Origin: Macrostomum lignano
Lineage: Eukaryota
Assembly (NCBI GenBank): GCA_002269645.1
Contig: NIVC01003845.1
Coordinates: 1-40,685, forward strand
Reading direction: 5' to 3'
DNA length: 40,685 nucleotides
Shown in pieces: positions 21,741 to 31,663 of the stretch (position 1 is the stretch's first letter; each line of letters opens with the position of its first letter). The notes below the pieces were generated by a model. It was not told the origin of the DNA. It was given only the letters and a program-made list of their open reading frames with translations, and searched no databases. The translations under genes were made by a program, and so were the position numbers.

Positions 21741-24195
21741 GAATCGTCATGTAAAAATCGTAGAAGCGTCATGTAAAAAATCATAGAAGCGTCATGTAAA
21801 CAATCATAGAAGTGTCATTTAAAAAATCATAGAAGCGTCATGTAAACAATCATAGAAGCGTCATGTAAAGAATCGTAGAAGCGTCATGTAAACAATCATA
21901 GAAGCGTCATTTAAAAAATCATGGAAGCATCATGTAAACAATCATAGAAGCGACATGTAAAAAATCGTAGAAGCGTTATATAAAAATCATAGAAGCGTCA
22001 TGTAAACAATCATAGAAGCGACATGTAAAAAATCGTAGAAGCGTTATATAAAAATCATAGAAGCGTCATGTAAAAAATCATAGAAGCGTCATGTAAAAAA
22101 TCATAGAAGCGTCATGTAAACAATCATAGAAGCGTCATGTAATGAATCATAGAAGCGTCATGTAAACAATCATAGAAGCGTCATGTAAACAATCATAGAA
22201 GCGTCATGTAAAAAATCGTAGCAGCGTCATGAAAAAATCATAGAAGCGTCATGTAAACAATCATAGAAGCGCCAAGTAAAAATCATAGAAGCGCCATGTA
22301 AAAAATCATAGAAGCGTCATGTAAACAATCATAGAAGCGCCATGTAAACAATCATAGAAGCGTCATGTAAACAATCATAGAAGCATCTTGTAAAAAATCA
22401 TAGAAGCGTCATGTACAAAAATCATAAAAGCGTCATGTAAAAAATCGTAGCAGCGTCATGAAAAAATCATAGAAGCGCCATGTAAAAAATCGTAGAAGCG
22501 TTATATAAAAATCATAGAAGCGTCATGTAAACAATCATAAAAGCGTCATGTAAACAATCATACAAGCGTCATGTAAACAATCATAGAAGCGTCATGTAAA
22601 CAATCATAGAAGCGTCATGTAAAAAATCATAGAAGCGTCATGTAAAAATCATAAAAGCGTCATGTAAACAATCATAGAAGCGTCATGTAAACAATCATAG
22701 AAGCGTCATGTAAAAAATCATAGAAGCGTCATGTAAACAATCATAGAAGCGTCATGTAAAAAATCGTAGCAGCGTCATGAAAAAATCATAGAAGCGTCAT
22801 GTAAAAAATCATAGAAGCGTCATGTAAACAATCATAGAAGCGCCATGTAAACAATCATAGAACCGTCATTTAAAAAATCATAGAAGCGTCATGTAAACAA
22901 TCATAGAAGCGCCATGTAAAAAATCGTAGAAGCGTTATATAAAAATCATAGAAGCGTCATTTTTAAAAAATCATAGAAGCGTCATGTAAACAATCATAGA
23001 AGCGTCATGTAAACAATCATAGAAGCGTCATGTAAACAATCATAGAAGCGTCATGTAAACAATCATAGAAGCGTCATGTAAACAATCATAGAAGCGTCAT
23101 GTAATTAATCATAGAAGCGTCATGTAAAAAATCATAGAAGCGTCATGTAAACAATCATAGAAGCGTCATGTAAACAATCATAGAAGCGTCATGTAAAAAA
23201 TCATAGAAGCGTCATGTAAACAATCATAGAAGCGTCATGTAAAAAATCATAGAAGCCTCATTTAAAAATCATAGAAGCGTCATGTAAACAATCATAGAAG
23301 CGCCATGTAAAAAATCGTAGAAGCGTCATATAAAAATCATAGAAGCGTCATGTAAACAATCATAGAAGCGTCATGTAAACAATCATAGAAGCGTCATGTA
23401 AAAAATCATAGAAGCGTCATGTAAACAATCATAGAAGCGTCATGTAAACAATCATAGAAGCGTCATGTAAAAAATCATAGAAGCGTCATGTAAAAAATCA
23501 TAGAAGCGTCATGTAAACAATCATAGAAGCGTCATGTAAAAAATCGTAGAAGCGTCATATAAAAATCATAGAAGCGTCATGTAAACAATCATAGAAGCGT
23601 CATGTAAAAAATCATAGAAGCGTCATGTAAAAAATCATAGAAGCGTCATGTAAAAAATCATAGAAGCGTCATGTAAAAATCATAGAAGCGTCATGTAAAC
23701 AATCATAGAAGCGTCATGTAAAAAATCATAGAAGCGTCATGTAAAAAATCATAGAAGCGTCATGTAAAAAATCATAGAAGCGTCATGTAAACAATCATAG
23801 AAGCGTCATGTAAAAAATCATAGAAGCGTCATGTAAACAATCATAGAGTTTAAAAGATGATAGAAGCGTCATGTAAAAAATCATAGAAGCGTCATGTAAA
23901 AAATCATAGAAGCGTCATGTAAAAAATCATAGAAGCGTCATGTAAAAATCATAGAAGCGTCATGTAAACAATCATAGAAGCGTCATGTAAACAATCATAG
24001 AAGCGTCATGTAAACAATCATAGAAGCGTCATGTAAAAAATCATAGAAGCGTCATGTAAAAATCATAGAAGCGTCATGAAAAAATCATAGAAGCCTCATT
24101 TAAAAAGTAATGAAAGTGTCATTTAAAATATTAAGAAGCATCATGGTAGAATAAAAGAAGCGTCATGTCAGACATGAAGGGTGTCATGTAAAAAT
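21741..24195 (+). repeat. 23-bp satellite array of the B type, more diverged proximally
   Basis: GAAGCGTCATGTAAA(C/A)AATCATA monomers plus variants such as CGTAGAAGCGTTATATAAAA. Confidence 0.95.
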
Positions 24196-24536
24196 TAAAT
24201 GCAGCTATAATGCTGTGCTGGGGAGAATTACTGAGACGTCAAGGCTCTCAGAGAATAACTGAGATTACGGGAGGGGGGTTTCTGAGATGTCAAAGCAAAA
24301 GTCAGAGGCTACTTCAAAGTTCATGTACTTTACTCAATTTTTTATTGCATTCTTGTTGGCTCGCCACGGGGGGGCGCTGATAAAAAAAGCGTAATGTAAA
24401 AAATAAAAGAAGCTTCATGTCGAAGTTAAGAGATTCATTTGGGAATCCCTACGATGTCGAGGCTTGCAGGGAATCGCTATAATGCTGTAGTAGTGCTATA
24501 ATGACTCTCAGAGAGAATTACTGAAATTTCAATGCT

Positions 24537-24597
24537 TTAGGGTTAGGTTAGGGTTAGGGTTAGGGTAGGGTTAGGGTTAGGCTAGGGTTAGGGTTAG
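24537..24597 (+). repeat. Interstitial telomere-like (TTAGGG)n tract in the tail of C
   Basis: About 10 TTAGGG-like units at the position homologous to the tract in B. Confidence 0.85.
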
Positions 24598-25871
24598 AAG
24601 GTTGACAGATATTTTTAGATTTCCAAGGCTTATTGTTGTAATGCTGAGATGTCAAGGGGGGAAGTTGATGTGTTAAAGCTTGTGGGGGGGGAATTATTGA
24701 CATGTCAAGGCTTACAAGGTTTGACAGGAGATTTTTTAAGATTTCAAGGATATATGTAGCTTATTAAAAAACGTGTATTGCATTTCTTTGGCGCCCCTAC
24801 GGGGGCGTAGATTGCTAGTTCAATAACTAGAATTCTTGCTTGGCTTTCATGCTAACATAAATATATCAAAAGAGACCACTTTCACTGAGCAGTGGATATA
24901 TATTATGTTCGTGTTACTTTTAGACATTTTTATTATGAAATAATTAAATAAAGAGTTGTTATAGCTGTAAGTACTATAGTTTGCGAGGCAGTGATCACAG
25001 CGTAGTAAAATGAGGGAGCGAGATGGAAACTAGTCAGATTTACACTGGCCCACACACACGTGTATATAGTCACACTCATGCGCCTGTAATAACCAATAAA
25101 TTTGAATCCAAACCTATGGCTACATTGATTCATGGCTTAAACTACAGACGAGAAGTCTGGAGAAGCTAGCTATTAGTCATTTCATTTTTACAACGGATAT
25201 ACAACAGATCCTGACAACATATAGTGCCGTTTTTGCCTTCAAATTTTTTAGGCTAATTTTATATTTATAATGGCTATATTGACTTCTTGTGCTCACGCAG
25301 GAAAAGGTTCTGATTAATGATTGTATTAAACCTATTAAACTCTTAAAGGAAGGACAATAGCAAAAATCAAGGTAAAAAATCACATATGAGCTGTACTAAT
25401 TCAAATTTGAGTCATTAGATAAAAATACAAGAGCTTCAGTAGATTTTAGGCTAAATTTTAAGTCAGCGATTCTCAGCGAACTCAGTGAACTCAGAAAAAA
25501 CACCCAGTTTTTTTATCACATTTTTAAGTTTCCACCCCAAAAACTTTTCTTTGATCTCAGCTCTCGCGATTGTCGTCTCAACTGTGAGTGATGCGCTTTG
25601 CGCCACAAGCTAGGCCCCAGCTTAGGCTGGTGAGGAGAGAGCCGAGAGTAATGGCTAGAATTGTATTAAGGCTGTCACTTGTTAACCACTGGTTTCGGGG
25701 TGATAACTTTAACATGTTGCTGAGTGTACATGTACGAGCATATACTCCAACAGCTACCGGTATTATTCAATAATGTTTGATTCAGAAGGTCGGATACATG
25801 CAAATGGCTTTAACAGCAGAAGTTATAAAACATTGTGGTTATTCAGCCGACGAGTCTTGCGAAGTCGAACA

Positions 25872-27305
25872 CTAGTCAGCGTCGGACTTGGTCTTGATCC
25901 TTTCGGCCACAGCTGCCGTAAATGCAGCGCCCTTTCCACTACCGTCCTCGGCAAGAATCAAGTGGGTATAAACATCCTCACAATGAATGTCTAGAAATTC
26001 TTGAATGAGAAACTGCAATTTCGGGTGCTTTTTGTACAGAGAGCCATCAACCGCGATTGCGACCTCAGTGCGCTGAATGCGCTCGACGAACACGGACAGT
26101 CCGGCAGCGACAATCTGAGCTGCGCGCACCGACAAAGCGTTCGCCAGGTACCGAACAACGTGGTAGTCCTCATCAGAGATGCTGCTCAGTTTCAGCTCCT
26201 TCAGACAGCGGTATGTTTGGCTCAGGTCTCGGTGATTGTCCTGCTCTACTCGAGAGATGAAGGATGAAGGGAAGCTGCCTGGTGTAAGCAGCGCCGGAGA
26301 CGGCTGGCCTCCGAAGACGAGACCCTCGTCGCAGAGCTTCACGAGAGTGACGCGAGCTAGCTCTCCGAGGTACATTCCGCTGAAAAGCTTCTCGAACGTG
26401 TACGTTCCGGCATAGAGCGACTCGTTATCCAGCTGGAAGTCGAACTCAGTCTTGAGAAACTTGATCACTCCATTGTCTCCGAACGCACCCCACTCAGTGT
26501 TCACAATGACGTATTCGTACTCTTGAAACTCGGACGGCGAATGTCCAGTCAGAGACTGCCACTTTGGAATGTTGCAGATTCTCTCCATGTAGCAGACGTT
26601 GCTGCCGGTTCCCATGATGAGCCCGATACCGCACGATGCGTCCATGAATGCACCACTCATGAGTGTTCCAGTGGTGTCGTTCAGAACTGCGAGTACGTCG
26701 ATTTTGAGCGAGTGTTTGTTGATTGCGTCTTGCAGAAGCTTCACCGGATCTTTTCCGATTCCGTCTTTGATTGATAGGGACTTGTTCAAACGCTCGATCA
26801 CACCGGAAGTAAGAGAGGTGAGTCCCAGAGGGTATGAGTACGTGAATCCGAGCGGAATTCGCTTTTCGGAGCTGTCCAGCTTCTCCTTGTGGACGAACTC
26901 GGCCAGCTTATCAGCGATAAAGTCAAACAACTCGGCTGCCGTTCCCTTGAGTCTCTCAGTCGGGATGGCAAAGTTCTCGCAGCTGCTGAAACACCTGCTG
27001 CCACTGCGCAACGAAACATCGAGAATTCGAAAGTTTGTTCCGCCGAGATCCAGCGCCAAGAAGTTTCCTCTCTCGGAACCGTTAAGCAATCCGCGAACAA
27101 ACGTGACAGCCATTTGAAGCGAGCTCGCTTTCCTTTGTTCTGGGTCATCGCTGAGTCCTTTCTCAATCTCCTCCCTGAGTCTATCTTTGAGCTCGCAGAT
27201 CTGTTGATGGCTTATTATGAACTTGCTTATCATGGACTTTATTCGCCAATCTTTTTCCGAGGTGACTTCCATATCCAATCGACTTGATCGTCTGATACGA
27301 CTCAT
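25872..27305 (-). CDS. Hexokinase (~50 kDa single-domain type), intronless
   Basis: 477 aa with LALDLGGTNFRI, LGFTYSYP, NDTTGTL, GTGSN, NTEWGAFGD, FEKLFSGMYLGEL, VDGSLY and EDGSGKGAA. Confidence 0.95.
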   Translation of the reverse strand: MSRIRRSSRLDMEVTSEKDWRIKSMISKFIISHQQICELKDRLREEIEKGLSDDPEQRKASSLQMAVTFVRGLLNGSERGNFLALDLGGTNFRILDVSLRSGSRCFSSCENFAIPTERLKGTAAELFDFIADKLAEFVHKEKLDSSEKRIPLGFTYSYPLGLTSLTSGVIERLNKSLSIKDGIGKDPVKLLQDAINKHSLKIDVLAVLNDTTGTLMSGAFMDASCGIGLIMGTGSNVCYMERICNIPKWQSLTGHSPSEFQEYEYVIVNTEWGAFGDNGVIKFLKTEFDFQLDNESLYAGTYTFEKLFSGMYLGELARVTLVKLCDEGLVFGGQPSPALLTPGSFPSSFISRVEQDNHRDLSQTYRCLKELKLSSISDEDYHVVRYLANALSVRAAQIVAAGLSVFVERIQRTEVAIAVDGSLYKKHPKLQFLIQEFLDIHCEDVYTHLILAEDGSGKGAAFTAAVAERIKTKSDAD

Positions 27306-28259
27306 CCTGACCTTTGTAAGCTAGTACAGAGCAAAGTATGTGTACTCGTGATAGTGCGACTGGGCACAGTGTTGCTTCGAACTGAGATCTTATAGCTTTG
27401 TCGGTGCCTAGGAGTAGAGGTGTGGCTAGAACTGCATATTTTAGCTAAATTGATTCATGTTTATGTTAAAGTACAGTGACTAGGTGAGAATTGCTTCGCT
27501 TGAATTCGCTATCTCTGTCAGATCAGACAGAAGCAGCTTGTGAGCCTCCTTCCTTAATGGACCGCGGCTGCGCTTGATTTGCATTTCATTCTAGTCGCAC
27601 ATCTGCGGCATGCCGAATCACCCGTGTGAGAAAAAAGATTCAGTGAGAATTAATGAAATCGCAGAGGTTTTTCTCATATCTTGCAGTTTCTTTTGCTTAC
27701 ACAAAACTACACCACATGACACCAGAATGTCACTTGTGGGCTTGCAGTTAACGGTGCAAAGCGGTTTGTCTTTTTTATTTATCGAGGTATGCAACTAGGC
27801 ATTATGGAATTCAATTTGTGCGGCTTGCAAAAGATCGAATCTATTTTATGACCTCGAACCCTTAAAAATCCACAAGGCTTGCACAGCAAATTGAAAAAGC
27901 AAATGCATAGTCAAACAATGTTTCATGCTGATCTGTAGCTCGTTAAACCTAATTGAATACGTTACAGATCAACTTCGCAAAAAACACTTTGCATTAAAAA
28001 CACGGCTCAAAATATTCAAGGATCGAGTCACTGATGCAAGAACTTGGCTGTGAATTTCACATTCAGCCATCAATTGCTTGTCGAACAAGGCAGCGCAGTA
28101 CATATGTGAATATGTGATTTATACTACTCTCAGTACAATTTTTGGCTGTAATGCAGCCTGAAGTTTGGTTGACTGTAGTGACAAGTGTGTCCCGTCGATG
28201 CGCAGCCAGTGTCTAACCTTCGAGTTATTCGGCAGTCAGAGCGATGAATAAAGACTGCT

Positions 28260-29132
28260 ATTGAGCCAATTCACTCTTCAGCTCAGCCTCCCAGCGCGAA
28301 ATAGCTTCTTAAACAGGCGTGAGGAAAGGACTGCATTGATAGCAGCCTCTTGACATCGACATTGCCGGGGACCCCGTAGTCTTTGGCATTAATATGAGAA
28401 CTTACGCTATCGATGGTGATGTGGCAGTTGGCTTCAAGAAAAGCTGCAATAAAGTTTTTTATGGTGATGTGCAGGAATTTTCCTTTGTCACACCCTTTGT
28501 TATGCGTGTAGAATTGACGTAGAAAAATATCTAGCTAAGAAAATGGTGATGCGCAGTCCCTTTCGCAAGCCGCCCTGTCAGTACAGTGCCATCCGCTTCG
28601 TGAGCGACCTTGCAACCGGTGGAACGACCAGGGCATTAAATCCGAACTCATCGATGAATATATTTTATGGATTGTGAGAACTTCCGCTAAACAAAATCAC
28701 TCGCAAAACTCCAAGCGCGTCAATCACCGGGGGTGTTTTTCCGGCTGGTAGATCCATCGCCAGCTGCCTATTGTATAGGGCACCATTCTCACTGATACAA
28801 TTGTCCGTGAATTGAAACTTATTTGGAAAATGTTGCCGCAGATTAGCATTCAATTTCCTTAACGTAATGAGCAGGTTAGATTCAACGAATGCCTGCATCT
28901 CCATATTCCACTCGACTCGCTTCAACCCAAATTTTAGGAGCGTTTCGATTTTTCCAGAACAAACAGTCGTATACTCGTACGTTGTTGTTCTTTTGACATT
29001 GAGATGTCCTGCAAAAGCGGTGAAATCCTCCCCTTGTTCAAAGGCTCCGATGATCCTACCTCTGTCAGCATTATATCAGATACTAATCCTGTTGTTGGTT
29101 CGGCGAATTTTTTGACCGTTAGCCACGCCATG
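28260..29132 (-). pseudogene. Degenerate IS630/Tc1-like DDE transposase (coordinates approximate)
   Basis: Hand translation of the minus strand gives HTH region DRGRIIGAFEQGEDF..AGHLNVKRTT, then FVESNLLITLRKL, FIDEFGFN, ITIDSVSSH and SPFLTPV*EAISRW, with stops and frameshifts. No TIRs found. Confidence 0.75.
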
Positions 29133-29377
29133 ATCTTGTGCTCCGAAGCTGTTGTGTTGTCCGCATTCTCACCGCCTTCCTCAAACAGTTCTTGATCTTG
29201 CTTTTCCATCTTGTCTTTTTCGCAAGGGTACTCGTTCTAATAGATATTTTTGTTGCCCTATCCAAGGACAACTTTATCACGCGATCCTATCATAATATCA
29301 TTATGATCCTAAAATCCTTGGTCCTATCATTGCATAGAAAATATGCAACTGGTTTAAAGCAATATGAAGAAAAAGGC

Positions 29378-30445
29378 TTACCGAATGCAATGATTCGTGT
29401 ACATCTTGGACAAACCGGCCTTCTCGCTCAAGTTTCGCATGAAACGCAGGAAGTAGTTCTCCCCGCGATTCTGCTTTGTTGAGAACATAGGCTGTCCATT
29501 GGAATCCGTGTTGGATAGTGGACGCGGGAACAGATGGTTGTCCTTGGTTGTTGGAGGTAGCAGTTGTAGATATCTCCTCACTTTGGCCGTGTCGTAGATC
29601 CGAGCTTGTTTGTTGTCCGGCCTGGCCTTCGCCTTCACAGGATCGGCTGACTTATTCTTCGTTGGCAGAGCAGGAAGACAGTAGTACTCCTTGCCGTCAG
29701 AATCCGTGTGCAATTCAAGCGAGTCCCTTTGTCTCAGGAACTTCAGATGCTCCTGGCCACGCTCTCCAAAGGAGTAAAGAACATAGAACAGAAATTTAGC
29801 CTGCTCGATTTCAGCCGTAGTCCCTTCAAAGTAGCACCGCAACTTCTGCATGTCGCCTTCTTCAATTGGTTCATACTGCCTGGTGCAGCCACCATCTCGA
29901 TGGAAATCACGAACCTTGACACGCAGCATCTCGTTGCAGGAATTGAATTCCTCACCACCGATTATATCGACAGGCAGCTTCAGAACCATGCGTAGGAAAC
30001 GCTGAATTCCAGCCCGGATACAGATGAGAGAGGCCGGCGAGTAGAACGAGCCATCCTGTTTCTTCAGCTTGAAGTAGAAGTACCGAAGATATTGGTTCAA
30101 TGTAGGATTGTTGACATGCTGAATGTTGCGCAGATTCTCCCCTTCCAGGAAGTCTCGAAAACGTTGGCCATGCTGGTACATCTGCTTCCGAGTATCCTCA
30201 GGCAGACTCTCGATCTCGATTCTGTCCATCTCGGAAACGTCTATCTTTTCATCTCCATCGATCATTGGCAGCCCAGTATCAGCTGGACCATTTTGGACAT
30301 ACTTCAGGAACGCATCGAAATCTTCGTCGTGCCGATCAACGGCAGAGGATTCCGAGAGGAAGTTCAGTTCATCCTGCGTGATGTTGCCGAGGTCCTCACA
30401 CGGGAGGTTACCCCAATTAATATAATGTATTATCGGGTCGCTCAT
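29378..30445 (-). CDS. Crypton-type tyrosine recombinase (DUF3504-like), C-terminally incomplete as read
   Basis: LNQYLRYFYFKLKKQDGSFYSPASLICIRAGIQRFL, FGERGQEHL (first catalytic R), TKNK and YTNHCIR (HxxR). The distal H/W and catalytic Tyr are not in this ORF. Confidence 0.8.
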   Translation of the reverse strand: MSDPIIHYINWGNLPCEDLGNITQDELNFLSESSAVDRHDEDFDAFLKYVQNGPADTGLPMIDGDEKIDVSEMDRIEIESLPEDTRKQMYQHGQRFRDFLEGENLRNIQHVNNPTLNQYLRYFYFKLKKQDGSFYSPASLICIRAGIQRFLRMVLKLPVDIIGGEEFNSCNEMLRVKVRDFHRDGGCTRQYEPIEEGDMQKLRCYFEGTTAEIEQAKFLFYVLYSFGERGQEHLKFLRQRDSLELHTDSDGKEYYCLPALPTKNKSADPVKAKARPDNKQARIYDTAKVRRYLQLLPPTTKDNHLFPRPLSNTDSNGQPMFSTKQNRGENYFLRFMRNLSEKAGLSKMYTNHCIR

Positions 30446-30686
30446 GATGGACAGAAAACTCTTGAATCAACAGGTTTGGACAGACTACTTACTGCCTGGG
30501 AATCCCTCACACAAACCCCTTCACCCCCACTGAAAGTTTTGCCATAGACATTTCAACCCTCCATTCAATCAATAGGATTGTCATTGCCATGAACTCTCCA
30601 CGCCTTTTGGCTTTCGTGCCATAGACGTTTGTGCCTCCTCCTTCTGGGCCACTTCGATTCGTGCCATAGATATTTCCTGCAATGAA

Positions 30687-30788
30687 GTTAACTGGAAGAG
30701 AGAACTCCAGGCAACGGCCAAATTTCCACTCGCGGCTAGCGCCGCTCGTGGCTTTGGCCGTTGCCTGGAGTTCTCTCTTCCAGTTAAC
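30687..30788. repeat. Perfect 36-bp inverted repeat with a self-complementary 30-bp spacer
   Basis: GTTAACTGGAAGAGAGAACTCCAGGCAACGGCCAAA (30687-30722) and its exact reverse complement (30753-30788). Confidence 0.95.
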
Positions 30789-30876
30789 CCCCCATTATGC
30801 AGTTTAACGGGAGTTTTAGCCATAGACGGTTAGTCCAGTTTTATTAAAGTTAATGCTTCTCTTTTACAACCTCTAA

Positions 30877-31663
30877 AACTTCCACAGCAGGACTAAGCCA
30901 GGGAAGCCTCTATGGTCGCTGCGCTCCCCAGGAAGGGACACTCACCCGCCCCACCCCACTCCGCTATACAAGTTGAGGGGAATGGCATAGAATATGAAAT
31001 GATGCTGCTGCTTATCGATTTCTCGCTAGAGCAGTTTGCACGCGAACTTTTGTAACACCTCTCGTATTTCATAGCTTGCTAACTGGAAAAAGAATATATA
31101 CACAGTCGGAGCTTCTGGAAAATGGATCTCTGCAATTCCCCGAAAGTGGACAGCAGCAGAGTTTGAGAAGCTGCGCTGCGATCCTGCGATGTTTTGCGTT
31201 GAATAGTGCAAACCGCATCTTTCTATGACTTTTAGTTAAAAAGTTATCAATCATAGAAATGAATAAACGTTGCATTTTTCTATTCATTCACTGCTTTCCA
31301 ATTGGGTTTTTTCATTCACTGCTTTCCAATCTGAGCCAGTTAGCACTCCATTCTATTCTTTCCTCCATGGTTTTTACCCCTAAACTTGTATGCTGCCTAA
31401 ACTAGTGTCCCTTCCTGGGGAGCGCAGCGACCATAGAGGCTTCCCTGACTAAGCATAAAGGGGAATCCATCGGTGAATTCCTTGAAAGTCTACGGAAGCT
31501 GGCTATCACGAGTGGCTTTGAAAGATTTTTAGATGATGCACTGAGAAACTGATTTTTCGTTAGCCTCAGGAATCATCTGATCCAGCAACGACTGCTGCAA
31601 GAATAAAACTTGACCCTGTCGGACGCGCTCACCCTAGCAACTGCAATCGAAGCAGCGGAGAAG
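30877..31663 (+). pseudogene. Gypsy gag relic, interrupted by a MITE
   Basis: Removing 30899-31447 and one TSD copy gives NFHSRTKHKGESIGEFLESLRKLAITSGF, followed after disablements by FLDDALRN*..LRNHLIQQRLLQE*NLTLSDALTLATAIEAAEK. Confidence 0.75.
30899..31447. mobile_element. 549-bp MITE with perfect 44-bp TIRs (CAGGGAAGCC...) and 7-bp TSD ACTAAGC
   Basis: TIRs at 30899-30942 and 31404-31447; TSD at 30892-30898 and 31448-31454. Confidence 0.92.

Larger units (their letters stand above)
21120..24818 (+). mobile_element. Non-autonomous Helitron-like element C
   Basis: Starts TCTAAATATACTAAAAATG directly after the CTAG of B, with a GTCT/TCTA microsatellite and the conserved head. Ends with hairpin CGCCCC..GGGGGCG (24792-24807), then GATTGCTAG|T. 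Confidence 0.82.

Noticed and set aside
11191-24195. CRISPR-like appearance of the 23-bp arrays
   Set aside because: Monomers are contiguous with no unique spacers, there are no cas genes, and the context is eukaryotic.
30581-30823. 80 aa minus-strand ORF upstream of the recombinase
   Set aside because: It runs through the hairpin and repeated motifs and shows no protein-like features; better explained as structured non-coding DNA.
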